Numbered from the stretch's first letter, positions 39,193-51,099 are shown. The stretch: 64,000 bases of DNA from Antedon mediterranea (GCF_964355755.1 NC_092672.1:806001-870000); one strand, 5' to 3'. A program made the numbers and translations. The notes: generated by a model from the sequence alone, not told the origin.

Positions 39193-41491
39193 ATGCATAT
39201 TCTTTGCATGTTCTTGTTGCTTGTTTCCATTGGTTGCTTCAAACCTGACCCATCCATGCCTATTAGTATGTTCTGCTGCATTCCACCAGTCTTTTGTCCT
39301 ACTGCCTCAGGGCTAAGCTGACAAAACACAAAAGAATGAACGCTTTACAAGTCAATGTAGCTTCCTACAATAACCAAAATAAAGCACTTTTGTGTTAATT
39401 CTACTACAATAACTCGATAGAATAAGCTCCAGTTTGTAGACTATTTTCAGTGGAATCTGATTCCACTTGAAATTCCATGCTTCATACTTTAAATATCAGT
39501 TTTAGTGACTAGCTCCTTCTTATTATCAGTCAATATTACAGTGTATCCATCATACACTCAATTAAAAAGCTATTAAGTTTTGACAACTTTGAAGAAAGAA
39601 ACACCTTTATTTCTATTGAGGAATCAGTAAAATTAAATGGTTTTATAATTACGATCATCAAGATCAAGTTAATCTCAATAAAATATATGGGATTTTTAAG
39701 CCAAAAATGCGAATCAATCACCAACTTTAAATTCTACCAGTATCTATTTTGTTTATATAATTCTTACATAAAAAAAACTTACTTACTTTAGGCCAAACTG
39801 CATACAAAAACTAAATAAGGTCTAACAAGACAAGAAAAATTATTTACAGTTTTATTTGCAACTCACATATTATTTTGTATTTATCTTGACTGTATATTAC
39901 CGTAAATAAATTGTGCTGTCGCACAACGAATCAGAAAATATAAATGGAGTACTGTAACTTCCCTGTGCTTAAGGGTTGCTTATAGATTAATTTTGTAAAG
40001 ACTTGGACAAACAAATTATATAAATGCCACTAGTACTATGGTGCATTTATGTGCAGTATTCTATTAGTAGTTTTCTAACATTTAAGGATTTAATAGACAC
40101 TATATAAACCTGCTTACACATAGTTATAATCATTTAACTCCAGACTTAAGAAAGTAAAAACAAAAATCAAGCGGAAATCACACTAAAAATGACTGGTAGA
40201 AATAACAGGTTTTTAAAATAAAATATTGATGGTTGTCTATTGTGTTTTTACTAAGCAGCAGATGAAGAGATGCATATACATTCAACTCTCAAGTCCCTCA
40301 GGGTATGTGTGGCCAAATCAGCTATAAATTATATACTAGAAATATGAAAGATTAATAACCATACATAATTTGATTGAATTGATTTCAAACTCAATTAGTT
40401 TTATATAATATTAATAATGACGTCTAAATTTATGTCTATGGTAAATGGATTGGAATGCACTTAAAAGCTGGACTTTAAAATAGTAGAAAGATTTTTTCTT
40501 GGGTAAAAAAGACACAGTTTTAAAATTAGGTTACTAGGCCCTTAATTAAGCATCAACAAAATAACCGATTGTTGTTGTCATAACAACCTAGTTTACAGTA
40601 TTTAAATCCGATGTGTATCATCCATCAAAATAGAATGTAATAACTTTTTTGATTTTAAACAATTATTTATACATCAATGTCTTGGACAAAAGATTCCACT
40701 CCATGGATTGTTAGCTTCTAAATAAAAATAATTTTTGTTGGGAAATTTGATAATTTCTTCCAGAAACATAGTTCTACGAAAAATAAGTCATTGGTTAAGC
40801 GCCAGAGACATAATTCTGGATGAGCACTGTACCTGTTTTCCTTAAATTGAGAAGTTAGTTTCAAGAACTCGGACAAGACATTGGCGGGTTAAACAAGACA
40901 TTGGCGGGTTAAACAAGAATAGCAAATGTTGGAAAGAAACTTTGGGAAAGAGACATCCGAGAAAGTATGATCTACTGGTCAATCTGATATACTAGTCAAT
41001 GTGATATCTGGTGATGAAATATTTACAAAGTGCTGCAAAGCGACAACGCATGTCAAATACTACAGCAATAATAGCACCATTGTAGTTTTGTTTTTAATTT
41101 TTTTTTTAGCTCTACTTGCTCACTGAATTGTTTTGCTTTTCTGCAGGCATACATACATGTACAAATCGATAAAAGAAAAAGCCAAGCAGACAACGGCATC
41201 GATCACTTTCAAAAACTGAGAACATTAGAGGATACAAAAGACAAAACAAGGGCTAGGAGGCGATATCCCCAAGAAACAATTATTGAAATGATTACGGCAG
41301 ACATGGATATTTTTGAAATGTATAAGTATGTCCGTTCGAAGATTGTTTATTGTCTGCGTAGCCAAGAATGTAAATGTTTTCTGAACAGTAGGGTTGAGTA
41401 TGTAGTGTGTAGGAAGGCTAGCCTTAAGGCAAGCATTGATCGATGGTATGCCGAAAGAAGCCTAGGTTGTACGAAGCATTCACCAGCTTAA
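39193..41491 (+). CDS. Candidate nested antisense 3-exon gene for a small secreted precursor (about 153 aa): exons 39193-39265, 40259-40302, 41147-41491
   Basis: Phase-compatible chain: MHILCMFLLLVSIGC... with donor A|GTATGT (phase 1); acceptor tttttactaagcag| ..DEEMHIHSTLKSLR with donor AGG|GTATGT (phase 0); strong acceptor ttttgcttttctgcag| followed by a 114-codon open frame with RARRR and 5 Cys. AATAAA at about 41907. No recognisable homology. Confidence 0.3.
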
Positions 41492-43260
41492 AACGTTCTA
41501 CATTCAACATAAACTCATCGGCGATCTTCTCCATCAAAACTTAGCAAGAAAAAAAATCAGCTGCATAGCTTGCGTTCGAGCGATTACGTCGCTTTGAAAT
41601 CCATTCTACAAACTTCCTGTGTTAGTCTACACAATAGTTTTATATTTTCTTACGTGAATACATATACAGGTGTATCCTATACACCCCAAAGGTTACTTAG
41701 TGCCTAAAGCATTCTTTCACAAGGATTTAATCATGCTGTACATATTAATATCCTTAATACGCCAGAAAATTACTCTTCATATAATTATGATGTTTTCATA
41801 GAAAAGTAAGTAGATGGTGTCACAAAGTAAATTAAGTACACACATAAGTACTGTGTTACTTAAGATTGAAATCACAGAACAATCAAGATCTTTACAGTAG
41901 TGTACAAATAAAATATAGTAGGCCAAATATACAAAATAAATTTTGAAGTTTAAAATTTTGGAGCTGCATAATTTTTTTACTACAGTTGCTTTAAATAAAA
42001 TTTAAAAATCACAATTGTCGTGTGTTGTGAGGTGTACACAGTAGATGACAACTGAACTCTGTTTGGTGTACAACACAATAGCTAACAGAAAAGCCACTCA
42101 ACAAAAAAACTGTAGAAAGAATCCATGTTCCATAAATCCAAAAATGTCTTCAAATCATTGAATAAGATTAAACTTAATTCAGCAATTACCTTTTAATTTG
42201 TCAATTTGTATTTGTAATATTTGTGTTGTTGATTTCTAAAAAATAAATAATTATTTATAACTTTAGTAGTACTTTAATATTAGGATTTAAAGTTATTGCA
42301 ATATAGAAGATAAATGATGTGTTTTATTGCAAGCAAACGTCTGTCTACAAATACACAAAATAAATCCGCCTCTTATTATGTAAATCCTTTCTTTATATGG
42401 TCTAATATCTAAAATCTCAGATGGGATAAAAGGGATGAACAAATAATCCCCTAATCATGCATGGATTAGTGCATGGTGATTAGTTGCCAATACACCTTTA
42501 ACAGTTTACATGGCAATATGTTTAATATGAGTAATACTGTAATCATAGCTGACACAAAGATTTAATCACAGTGTATCTAAGATATGAATCTATCTATTTC
42601 ATGCTTCATTAGCAGTCGGATAAAAACATAATAGTCGACAATCAATTGGTTTAATTTTGGCTTAATAAAATAATAGTGATGTATTATCCAGACTGCAGCA
42701 GGTATAAAATACAAGCACAGCTTAGTTTGAACATCATTTTTCTTTTATCAATTGAATTCAAATTCAGTTTCAGACAAACTGTATTTCAGACAAACTGTCC
42801 ATACGATACATATATAATGGAGAGAGGACCATGAATTATCTGGTTTTTTTTCTTCGGATAATCATATTTGAAATTGTGTGTAACATAGTATTGTTATGTA
42901 CAGGTACAGTAATTATTATATTAAGTTAAGCATTTATGCCGTTCAAGGTATTATAACTAAAATGATCAACAAATCCTTATGTACAGTAAAGTATATTGTA
43001 CAGTATGCTGCGATACTGAAGAACTCAGCTACTTGTACTGTATGTACATTGGAAACTCAAGTATTTTGAGCAAGTATCTAATATAGTTTAATACAGACGT
43101 AATTTGCGCTTAGTTTCTTATCATACATATCCTAAGTTTAAACATTAGGGGGTCTTTTTAAAAACACAAAATTCTTACCCAGAAATTTAGAGGTGAACGT
43201 CCTTTACTACTACTGTAATTAGAATTGAACAATGCAAGTTAAAGTATGCAGTTTCCTTTT

Positions 43261-43334
43261 GGCAACCACTGAATATTTTGCTAGCTCTGGGCAACCACTG
43301 AATAATTTGCTAGCCCCTGGGCAACCACTGAATA
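43261..43334. repeat. 29-31 bp tandem repeat, 2.5 copies
   Basis: ggcaaccactgaata repeated three times. Confidence 0.85.
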
Positions 43335-45468
43335 ATCTGTTATTAGCTGGTTGTTAGTGTGCGAGAGTAGGATTGTCCAGAGACAATCTAATCATTGCGT
43401 TAACACAGTATTACCAATGATTACATTTGGCAGCATTTATCAAAATACAATAATTAAACTGGGTTCGATGATGATGATGACATTGATGAAATACTTTAAA
43501 ATAAAAATGTTTATCTTCTGTTAAAAGTAAGTCTTCTTGGAGAAAATCTATGGTTTTATGGGGTTTTCAGAGTTTTTCTTGTTAACAAAAATAATGTATA
43601 TTTACCTATAACTTGGAAAACAAATTAATCACACCAAAAATGGTATGAACTATGAGATAGTCCGGTGCTTTTGAGGCTCACTAGCCAATCATAAACATAT
43701 AAAAACAGGAAGACATTTCTAAATCAACTTCATATATTTTATTTTAAAAGTATTTTATATTAATATTCACATCCTTGGAACAAACTAAAATAGTTATGAT
43801 ACTATAGCAACAACCTTTGAACCTTATAAACAGCTGACTGCTACACCAGAGCAAAGTTAACATTTATTTACATACAGTACTACTGCAACTGGGTTTATAA
43901 AATTAATTTTTAAATCTGTTTTTGAAACAGTTCTGGATATTTTTAACAATCTTTTTTTTAAGAAAAAGTTCAAATAGCCAGTCATCCAATACCATTTTGG
44001 TAAAGACAATGACAACCTGAAAACATGAGTGTTACTATAATTTATCATTGATGTTGAAGAAATTTAACAAAACTGTACTGTACATGGAATTAACATTTCC
44101 GTAAAATCTGAAATCTGGGACCACGAAGAATGGGTAAAAACAGGTAAATGTAAAATGTTCAAATCTCTCAGATACAGTGATAGTGTGTACAATGTTTTTA
44201 ATAAAGCCACAGTGCTGTATGTCTGAATTAAGTGGAGTTTGAAATAATCATTAAAATCTCCAGAAAGTAGAATTGATTTTTAAACATTATCCATATTTAT
44301 CTGTATACAGCATTAATTACTTGATTTTTTATTCACCTACAGTATATAGGTTTCCATACATTATAATACTGTATAATATTTAACGTTAAGGAGATATGAT
44401 AAGCCAAAACTGTTATCATATTTTATTATGTTTTTTATATGAGACAATTTTCGAGTGCTTGACGAAATAAAATAATTGAATCCTGTGATGTATAGAGTAC
44501 GATAGAATTTCCAAAATAGTCATTATACAGTTTGGTAATAATAGTGAAAAGGCAAATCTGAAATGCCTGTACTGCACACACAATTGCCCTTGGCATTGAA
44601 CCAGTAACAATTCAACCAGTTCAGAACAATCGCACATCACAAGGGTTGTAAAAAATCTTAAAACAATGAAAACAATATCTCATTAGATTTTGTTTACTTT
44701 CCACAATTATACAGAACACGGTGTAAATGACTAAATTTAAATTGCTTGACTGTACAAACAGCTAGTCCATATTGTAGTATTTGAAAGTTTTTTTATAGCA
44801 ATGTAATTTGTAGACCTACACACCCTACTCTCTCAATAACCGGATGAACATAAAACTGGAATTAATCTTTAGCTCTAAAAAAACATGCTTCCTGGAACAA
44901 CATAGTTTCAGTGGAAACCAAGAAAAAAAACTTTTTTTTTTATTTCCAGGGAAAAAAGTACTTAAAATGTTGTGAATGATTATTTTATGAAAAATATATA
45001 TGATAATCTTTTTCATTTCATAATATTCAGGAAATAGAAAGTATAAATTAGTTGCCGTTTTACAGAAAGTCAATCCATTTTAAATCCAGGCTATTCTGAC
45101 AATAAAGAGACAAGGTATGAAAGCAGTTCTAGTGGCTTCCTTTTCCAAATTTGGTAATCACTTTCTTAAATTAGAAACCAAGGACATTTATTTCAGATTA
45201 GTAATAAAAATCCATGTACAGTTTCTCCAACAAATGTAAATGGTTACAACTTTCAAATCAGTTTTGGCTGACAATCAAAATTCATAATTAGATAAATTGT
45301 CCATACGTTTACAGTATATTCAGTTATATCCTTAAGGATACTGTTTTTCAGCAAGAACTGATTTCACACAACATTGTCTAAAAAAAAAATTCATATTCAA
45401 TTTTGGTTCACAGTAATCCATTGTTTTAAATTTATGTTTTTTTTAAATTCCATGAATTGAGTTTCTGT

Positions 45469-48400
45469 TCAGGAAATACACATAAGACTTTGAAGCCGCC
45501 TACCTTTCGTTGGTATGGTAGAGGGCGCTTTCTTCGAGTCCTCCCACGGTAACAAAACTTCATCTTTCTTTGAATCGTTTGTCATATACCAAGCAGAGTT
45601 TTTGTCCGTAATCAAAGCATCAACACTAATGTCGGATGAACGGTTGATGTTGTTGCACGATGAGGTTGTAACGGTCGATGAGTCTTTACCAATAGATCGT
45701 GTATCGCCAAGATTGAACTGTTGTCGCTGTATCTGAATTTGTTGTTGGAGAATTTCAAGGGGATGCGCACTGTCCTTACCAGCTTCTTGCATTACATTTT
45801 CAGCAGGTACCTGGGATACATTAAACTCACTGCTTGTGGAGGTCGGAAGGCTATTTGGTTGCGAGTTGAAATGTGACCCTGACTTGGGACTGACAATTGG
45901 AAGACTTGCATTTGAATAATTCGAGCTTGGTCGATTCGGGGTTGACGGTTTAGAAGAATTTAACGACGTGTTCACATTCAGTCCACAATTTGTTCCATCA
46001 TCAGATTCTTGAGGTAAACTTTGTGCAGTGGTATCTGGAGAAAATACACTTTCAAAGTTATCAAAATTTCCCGATAAACCATCTTGGCACGGTGACGGTT
46101 TAGAGTTCACACAATTTGGACTTGGCGTATGCGAATTTAAAGACCCAAATGACATTGATTGCATGGGTGTGTTACAAGTTCCAGTGTTTGTAAGTTCATC
46201 TAAAAAATTATCACTTAAAGCAGGGGTTGCGCAATTATCCGTGGACTGCGGGGTGCCGATAGAATCTACGCTTGGTGGATTTTGCGACTTTTTTGTAGAT
46301 CGCCGCCGTTTTTGTCCAGTTGTATTTGAAATTTGATCGGACATATCCTCCGAAACTTTCCTTCTGCGTGTACGCTTTGGTTTTTCATCCGGTCTTTTAT
46401 GTGTCATTTGCATGGGTAGCGACTGTTCAAGAAAGTCGTGATATTGCATTTGAAAATCTACTCCCATATAATGGTTCGTTCCACCAAAAGAATAATCCGT
46501 GTTCATATTAAACTGATTATTGTTAAACGAATTCATATTAGCGTTATTATTAGCCATACTGTTTTGGGTCATTCCAATCTGATTACTCGGATAACTCGGC
46601 GTTGGATTGTTAGTAGTGGTAAGTGTTTCAAAACTTGGGAGAGAACTGCTAACTTGTCCTTGAGTTGGTGTCTTCTGCTTAGGCATTGAACTATCCATAA
46701 CAGCAATCATATTACGACATGCAGCCGATAAAGCTGCAATACAATTTTGACTGCTGCCCTCTGTGTTTCCTTCAGCGTTACCATGGGAGATATAATCACC
46801 CTGTTGATTTTTTGAGTCAGATTGTTTGTCTTTCATAGTATGCGACGTCAGTCTTTGCAAGTGTTTATTTTGACGTTTTTCAGCATCCACTTTTGTATCT
46901 GTAAATTCGGAAGATTGCAACCCTCCAGAATCGTTATTTGTAAACGTATTTGAAACCGGCGTGTTATTAGCTGGTGAAGACGAGACTGGGATATCGGTTG
47001 TAGTTGCTTGATTACTAGGCGTAGACGGTCCCGAAAAAGGCGTGGTGGGTAAACTCTGCATTTGTTTGGTGGGTTTACGGTTCATTTGCGTGTTCTGCAT
47101 GAACGTGTCACTTTCAGGTATCTGCGAAGGCTGAGGTAGTGGCTCGGGTTGAAACTCGGGCGAAATTGCTGTCTTTGGGAAACTGTTTGGAGATGGTACT
47201 GTTTCGGTGGGTCCTGGAAAAGTGTTTATTTGCGGATTCATCGTTGAATCGATCGGCGGAACAATCGGAGAAGCAGTAAATGGTTCGGACATTGGATTAC
47301 GAGAAAGTTTTGCTAGTTTTTCTAATTCCTGGCTAAAAATACGATCAGTACGTGCAAGCTGTCTGCGGGTAGCTTGTTGTTGGAATTGCATAGGATTGGA
47401 AGAGTTCATTTTACCCATTGACATATGATTAATGTTCGGGTCGTAAGAACCAATCATGTCGGTTCCGTTCATGTTAGGTAATCCTGATCCGTAACCGTCT
47501 GATTTATTCTGATATCGTTGAGTTCGTGGAATGTTGAAATTTTCATTGTTTGGGAATCCAGAGTTCATATATCCAGAGTTTGCGGTCTGATTTACCAAAC
47601 CCATACTATCCATATTCATGTTAGTTGTACCAGACGGACTCATATTCTGAATCGTGTTTGTCATGCCAGTGTCAAAGGTTGATGGGTTAGAGTTCAAAGG
47701 TTGTGTTGACTGCATAGGGTTGAAATTTGTATTTGGAAAACTAGAATCCATTCCTTGAACATTTGAGAAATCCATACCCTGGTTAGCAGGGGGTGGACCA
47801 TAATGTCTTAAACGTTGCGTTGATAAACGATTCATTTGATCAAGAGATCCTTGATTGGCTAATGGTTGACCCATTGAATCCATTAAAGGAACTCTCTCTT
47901 TCATTTGCACATTTCCAAATTCAGTTCCATTCATAAATCCTCTGTTTAACTCAAAGCTGGCACTCGGTAGTAACTGACCACTACCGCCACTCGGCAACAA
48001 CTGACCACCACTCGCAGCCATTCTATCGTCAACTCTACCCGTAGAAAAACTTCGCTGTATGGTAGAACGAGATGTCGTACGAGTCATTGCCGTTGATGCG
48101 CCACCTGGGTAAACTCCGGTTCGTGTCATGCTGTAGTTACCTTTTTGAGCCCGTATTCCCATACTCGAGTTTGAATAAGACGACGGATATTTTTGATAGT
48201 TTTGTAAATTACCTCCACTACTAATTGGGAGTTCATTAGAACTGTACATATTATTAGATTGATGCATGCCATATTGTTCACTTGGATAGTTCCTATGTGT
48301 CAGAGAATGTACCATTTGGTGGTCTTGTGTAAAACCAGTGTTCATATCGGAACCAGGAAATGTCATATCCTGCTGTGTAAAAGCACTACTTCTTTGCTGG

Positions 48401-48900
48401 AAATTTCGCTGAGCTGATCCTGCTGGAGCTGACACACGTCTACTCCCAATAGGCCCAGAGCCCATAGGATATCCCAAGTTCTTTCCTGGAATTCCTGCAC
48501 CATATCCTGCTGTTGGTTTTGTCTGATCGAAAGTGTCATTATTAGCAGAAGAATTAATGGAAAATGAACGGTTTTGTGTGGCAACACTGTCTGGAATAGC
48601 CATACCATATCCAGAATTAGCATACGAAGAATAATTTTGCGATTGTAAGTTATCAACATTATTAAAAATGCCAGCTTGATTATTCATTCCCGATACACCA
48701 CCATCATTATCTGTACTACTAGCTAAAAAATGATCATTTCCAACATTTCCAGGATATTGTTTCACATGTGTCGGATTATTTTGATATCCATCGTACATGT
48801 TTGCCATATAATGTCCATAATTTTGGCCCATGCTAGATTGGTCTGGACCTATCGCAAAGTTTCCTCCACAATTTCTAGTTTGATTGTGTGTGTTAAACAT
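45469..48900 (-). CDS. MN1: MN1 (meningioma 1) transcriptional coactivator homologue, giant coding exon (1143-codon ORF; probable splice donor after 45504)
   Basis: Low-complexity M/N/Q/S/G/P-rich ORF with colinear blocks matching human MN1 as recalled: N-terminal MF..RN.G..NF; QRLRH; SQNCIAALSAACRNMIA (human QSCLAALSTACQNMIA); HPLEILQQQIQIQRQQF (human HPLEILQAQIQLQRQQF); DALITDKNSAWYM (human DSLMAEHSAAWYM); LLPWEDSK (human LAPWEKAK). Basic NLS-like clusters KPKRTRRRK and QKRRRSTKK. Donor AAAG|GTAGGC at 45504/45503. Confidence 0.9.
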   Translation of the reverse strand: MFNTHNQTRNCGGNFAIGPDQSSMGQNYGHYMANMYDGYQNNPTHVKQYPGNVGNDHFLASSTDNDGGVSGMNNQAGIFNNVDNLQSQNYSSYANSGYGMAIPDSVATQNRSFSINSSANNDTFDQTKPTAGYGAGIPGKNLGYPMGSGPIGSRRVSAPAGSAQRNFQQRSSAFTQQDMTFPGSDMNTGFTQDHQMVHSLTHRNYPSEQYGMHQSNNMYSSNELPISSGGNLQNYQKYPSSYSNSSMGIRAQKGNYSMTRTGVYPGGASTAMTRTTSRSTIQRSFSTGRVDDRMAASGGQLLPSGGSGQLLPSASFELNRGFMNGTEFGNVQMKERVPLMDSMGQPLANQGSLDQMNRLSTQRLRHYGPPPANQGMDFSNVQGMDSSFPNTNFNPMQSTQPLNSNPSTFDTGMTNTIQNMSPSGTTNMNMDSMGLVNQTANSGYMNSGFPNNENFNIPRTQRYQNKSDGYGSGLPNMNGTDMIGSYDPNINHMSMGKMNSSNPMQFQQQATRRQLARTDRIFSQELEKLAKLSRNPMSEPFTASPIVPPIDSTMNPQINTFPGPTETVPSPNSFPKTAISPEFQPEPLPQPSQIPESDTFMQNTQMNRKPTKQMQSLPTTPFSGPSTPSNQATTTDIPVSSSPANNTPVSNTFTNNDSGGLQSSEFTDTKVDAEKRQNKHLQRLTSHTMKDKQSDSKNQQGDYISHGNAEGNTEGSSQNCIAALSAACRNMIAVMDSSMPKQKTPTQGQVSSSLPSFETLTTTNNPTPSYPSNQIGMTQNSMANNNANMNSFNNNQFNMNTDYSFGGTNHYMGVDFQMQYHDFLEQSLPMQMTHKRPDEKPKRTRRRKVSEDMSDQISNTTGQKRRRSTKKSQNPPSVDSIGTPQSTDNCATPALSDNFLDELTNTGTCNTPMQSMSFGSLNSHTPSPNCVNSKPSPCQDGLSGNFDNFESVFSPDTTAQSLPQESDDGTNCGLNVNTSLNSSKPSTPNRPSSNYSNASLPIVSPKSGSHFNSQPNSLPTSTSSEFNVSQVPAENVMQEAGKDSAHPLEILQQQIQIQRQQFNLGDTRSIGKDSSTVTTSSCNNINRSSDISVDALITDKNSAWYMTNDSKKDEVLLPWEDSKKAPSTIPTKGRRLQSLMCIS

Positions 48901-49088
48901 TTTTTCTCAGTTCTGCTACAATTAATTCTTCTTAAGTTTTGACCAAATTGAATCCACTTCTTTTAATTTTATCATATCCTAGAAATAGTCCAGACGATAT
49001 AGTTCCAGTCCATTGTTGATGAAAAGTGGGTCTTCAATTAAATAAACCACTGTTGCGTTACGTCTCGAAAAAACAGCACGCCAAAAAC
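48901..49088 (-). other. MN1: 5' UTR part of the MN1 giant exon, starting at a splice acceptor
   Basis: Minus strand reads tattttctttttcag|G at 49089/49088, a strong polypyrimidine tract plus CAG 188 nt upstream of the ATG. Candidate upstream donors at 49449 (AA|GTAAGG) and 49932 (AG|GTAATT). Confidence 0.6.
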
Positions 49089-49849
49089 CTGAAAAAGAAA
49101 ATACCATCATTTAAAATGTTGGTTTGAATTTAAATAATAAAACAGTGTTCCACAAACAATGTAACGTGACGTTAAGATCACTAACTAATAAAATTCTCTA
49201 ACTGAGAGAGAGGAGATATGACGATGTCTACGTGATAAAGCAGAAAGAAACATTAATAGCTTTCGAAAGGTGGAGACACCTGCCTGGGCAACCCTCCTCA
49301 TCAGAATTTCGTGAGCCTGTCACTCACTCACGAAAAAAGTCAAGAACCTCGTTACGCATGGCTAAGCAGCTCATTGGTCTAACATTTTTTAAAAAGGACC
49401 AGAGATGACAATAACAGTAAAATGTAGTCGTAGATTCTACTAACCTTACTTGTGTTTTTCCTTCACTCCGTACCGTTAATGATTCTCTCACTACTACACC
49501 ATAAAACCTTTCATTAGATTATTCTTTCCACAGACAGACTAAACGAAAATTGGTTCGTTGAAGCGGTATAACAACATTCCTTCGGTGTTCAACTGTGTAC
49601 ACCGACATTTCATTTCTACGCATGTCAGAAATTATAATTTAGACTATTCCAAATTACTAAGAGGGGTTTTAAAAGTTTATAATTTTCTCTCGTTATTCTA
49701 AAATTTTTATTATTACAAAAAAATTATTCTAATTTCACATAAATAATTAATTTATTACACATAATATAATTAATTATGTTAATTGTAAGATAATGAACCT
49801 ATTTTGTTTTTATAGGAATAATCTATACCTATGATAGTTTTGAAGAACC

Positions 49850-50250
49850 CGTAGCCCTGGAAAAGAGGTCACAAGTTCACACATCAGAGAATTTGGATTG
49901 TATTCGCTCGATGAGGATAAGGCACTAATTACCTTTGAAAATACTCAATGAAAAGAAGTGGGCGGGAAATTTTCTCACCCTGCGGGACAAAATCTTTTAA
50001 TTGTTCACACAGGAAGAGATTATGTCTATTGAGCATTATAACGTTATGCAAATTGTTTAAATTGATTGACATGGGCTATAAAACTGGCTACACGCGTGTC
50101 GTCGACACAAATCATACTACACCACTCAATTAAGCTCCGCCCATTTGTTGTTACGGTACAGTTTATCTTTCTGTTAAATCTTTTGAATTGAAATCCTCAT
50201 TATGTGATTGAGTGAAACGTGAGCTGGCGTTTCATAGAGAGTGTAGCGTA
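49850..50250 (-). promoter_or_regulatory. Probable MN1 promoter/proximal regulatory region
   Basis: Locally GC/CpG-richer stretch upstream of the MN1 5' UTR acceptor. Contains E2F-like GGCGGGAAA (49961-49969), octamer ATGCAAAT (50046-50053), TGATTGAC (50063-50070) and GC-box-like CTCCGCCC (50135-50142). Confidence 0.4.
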
Positions 50251-51085
50251 ATCACATTATTATAACAGCTCTCAGTTTATACATTATTAAATTAATTTTG
50301 CACCTATTAATAATATTATTTTGCATACATATGACCACCTTACAGTACCTGGGTAACTACATTTACATTTATGTATTTACCAAAATGAGCAAGAATCCAC
50401 TGTTACGTTTAGTACGTCACTCATTTTAAACAAAAAAATCTGTAAATTTATGTACTAATGACTAATTTCTTGTTTTCTTTCTTTTGTTTTGTTATTGTTT
50501 CTCTTAAGACTAAGTACAGACTTACTGTAATTAGTTACTGTGATTCGTGAATCGCCTTTTATAAATAGATACCAACTATAATTACAAACACATGTTACTT
50601 TTTTGTATTTTTATAACAAATAAAATGTTTGAATCCTTTTAGTGTTAGAATAAAATTCTGTTTTCTTCTATGCTAATAATATTCGCGTATAATACTGAAA
50701 TATATAGAGGGCGCTCATCTATTTGTTTGCGCTAGTAAATATTTTATAATTTTATATGAAAGAATGACACTGTGAAACTTGCCCCAAGTCTGTATAATTG
50801 TCTTTATTTATTTTTTATATTTCGATTTTTGTCTGAAATATCCAAGCTCAAGTAGTATACGTATGAAATGCCATATGTGCAAAAATATTAAGACAAAACT
50901 CCGTCTGGAACTCGACTAGATACTGTATAATTACAAGAATAAAAAGTAAAATAGCCAAGTCAACAAAAAATTAACTAAGATAAAAAAGACGAGATATAGC
51001 ACAACATAATAACTGCGCATGTTAATTGCTTTACATTCACAATATACAGAGCCTTGCAAATGCCCCCAAATGTAAGTTATACTTA

Positions 51086-51099
51086 CCACTAGAGGGCGC
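51086..51099 (+). promoter_or_regulatory. CTCF consensus motif
   Basis: CCACTAGAGGGCGC matches the canonical CTCF core. Co-oriented AGAGGGCGC part-sites at 50706 and 51512. Confidence 0.55.

Noticed and set aside
45469-48900. Alternative identity as ARID1/ZMIZ/Mastermind-like Q/M/N-rich coactivator
   Set aside because: No ARID, SP-RING or MAML helix seen, whereas several colinear motifs match MN1.
45515-48942. Short ORFs overlapping the MN1 exon on the opposite strand or in other frames
   Set aside because: Shadow ORFs of a long, GC-richer coding exon.
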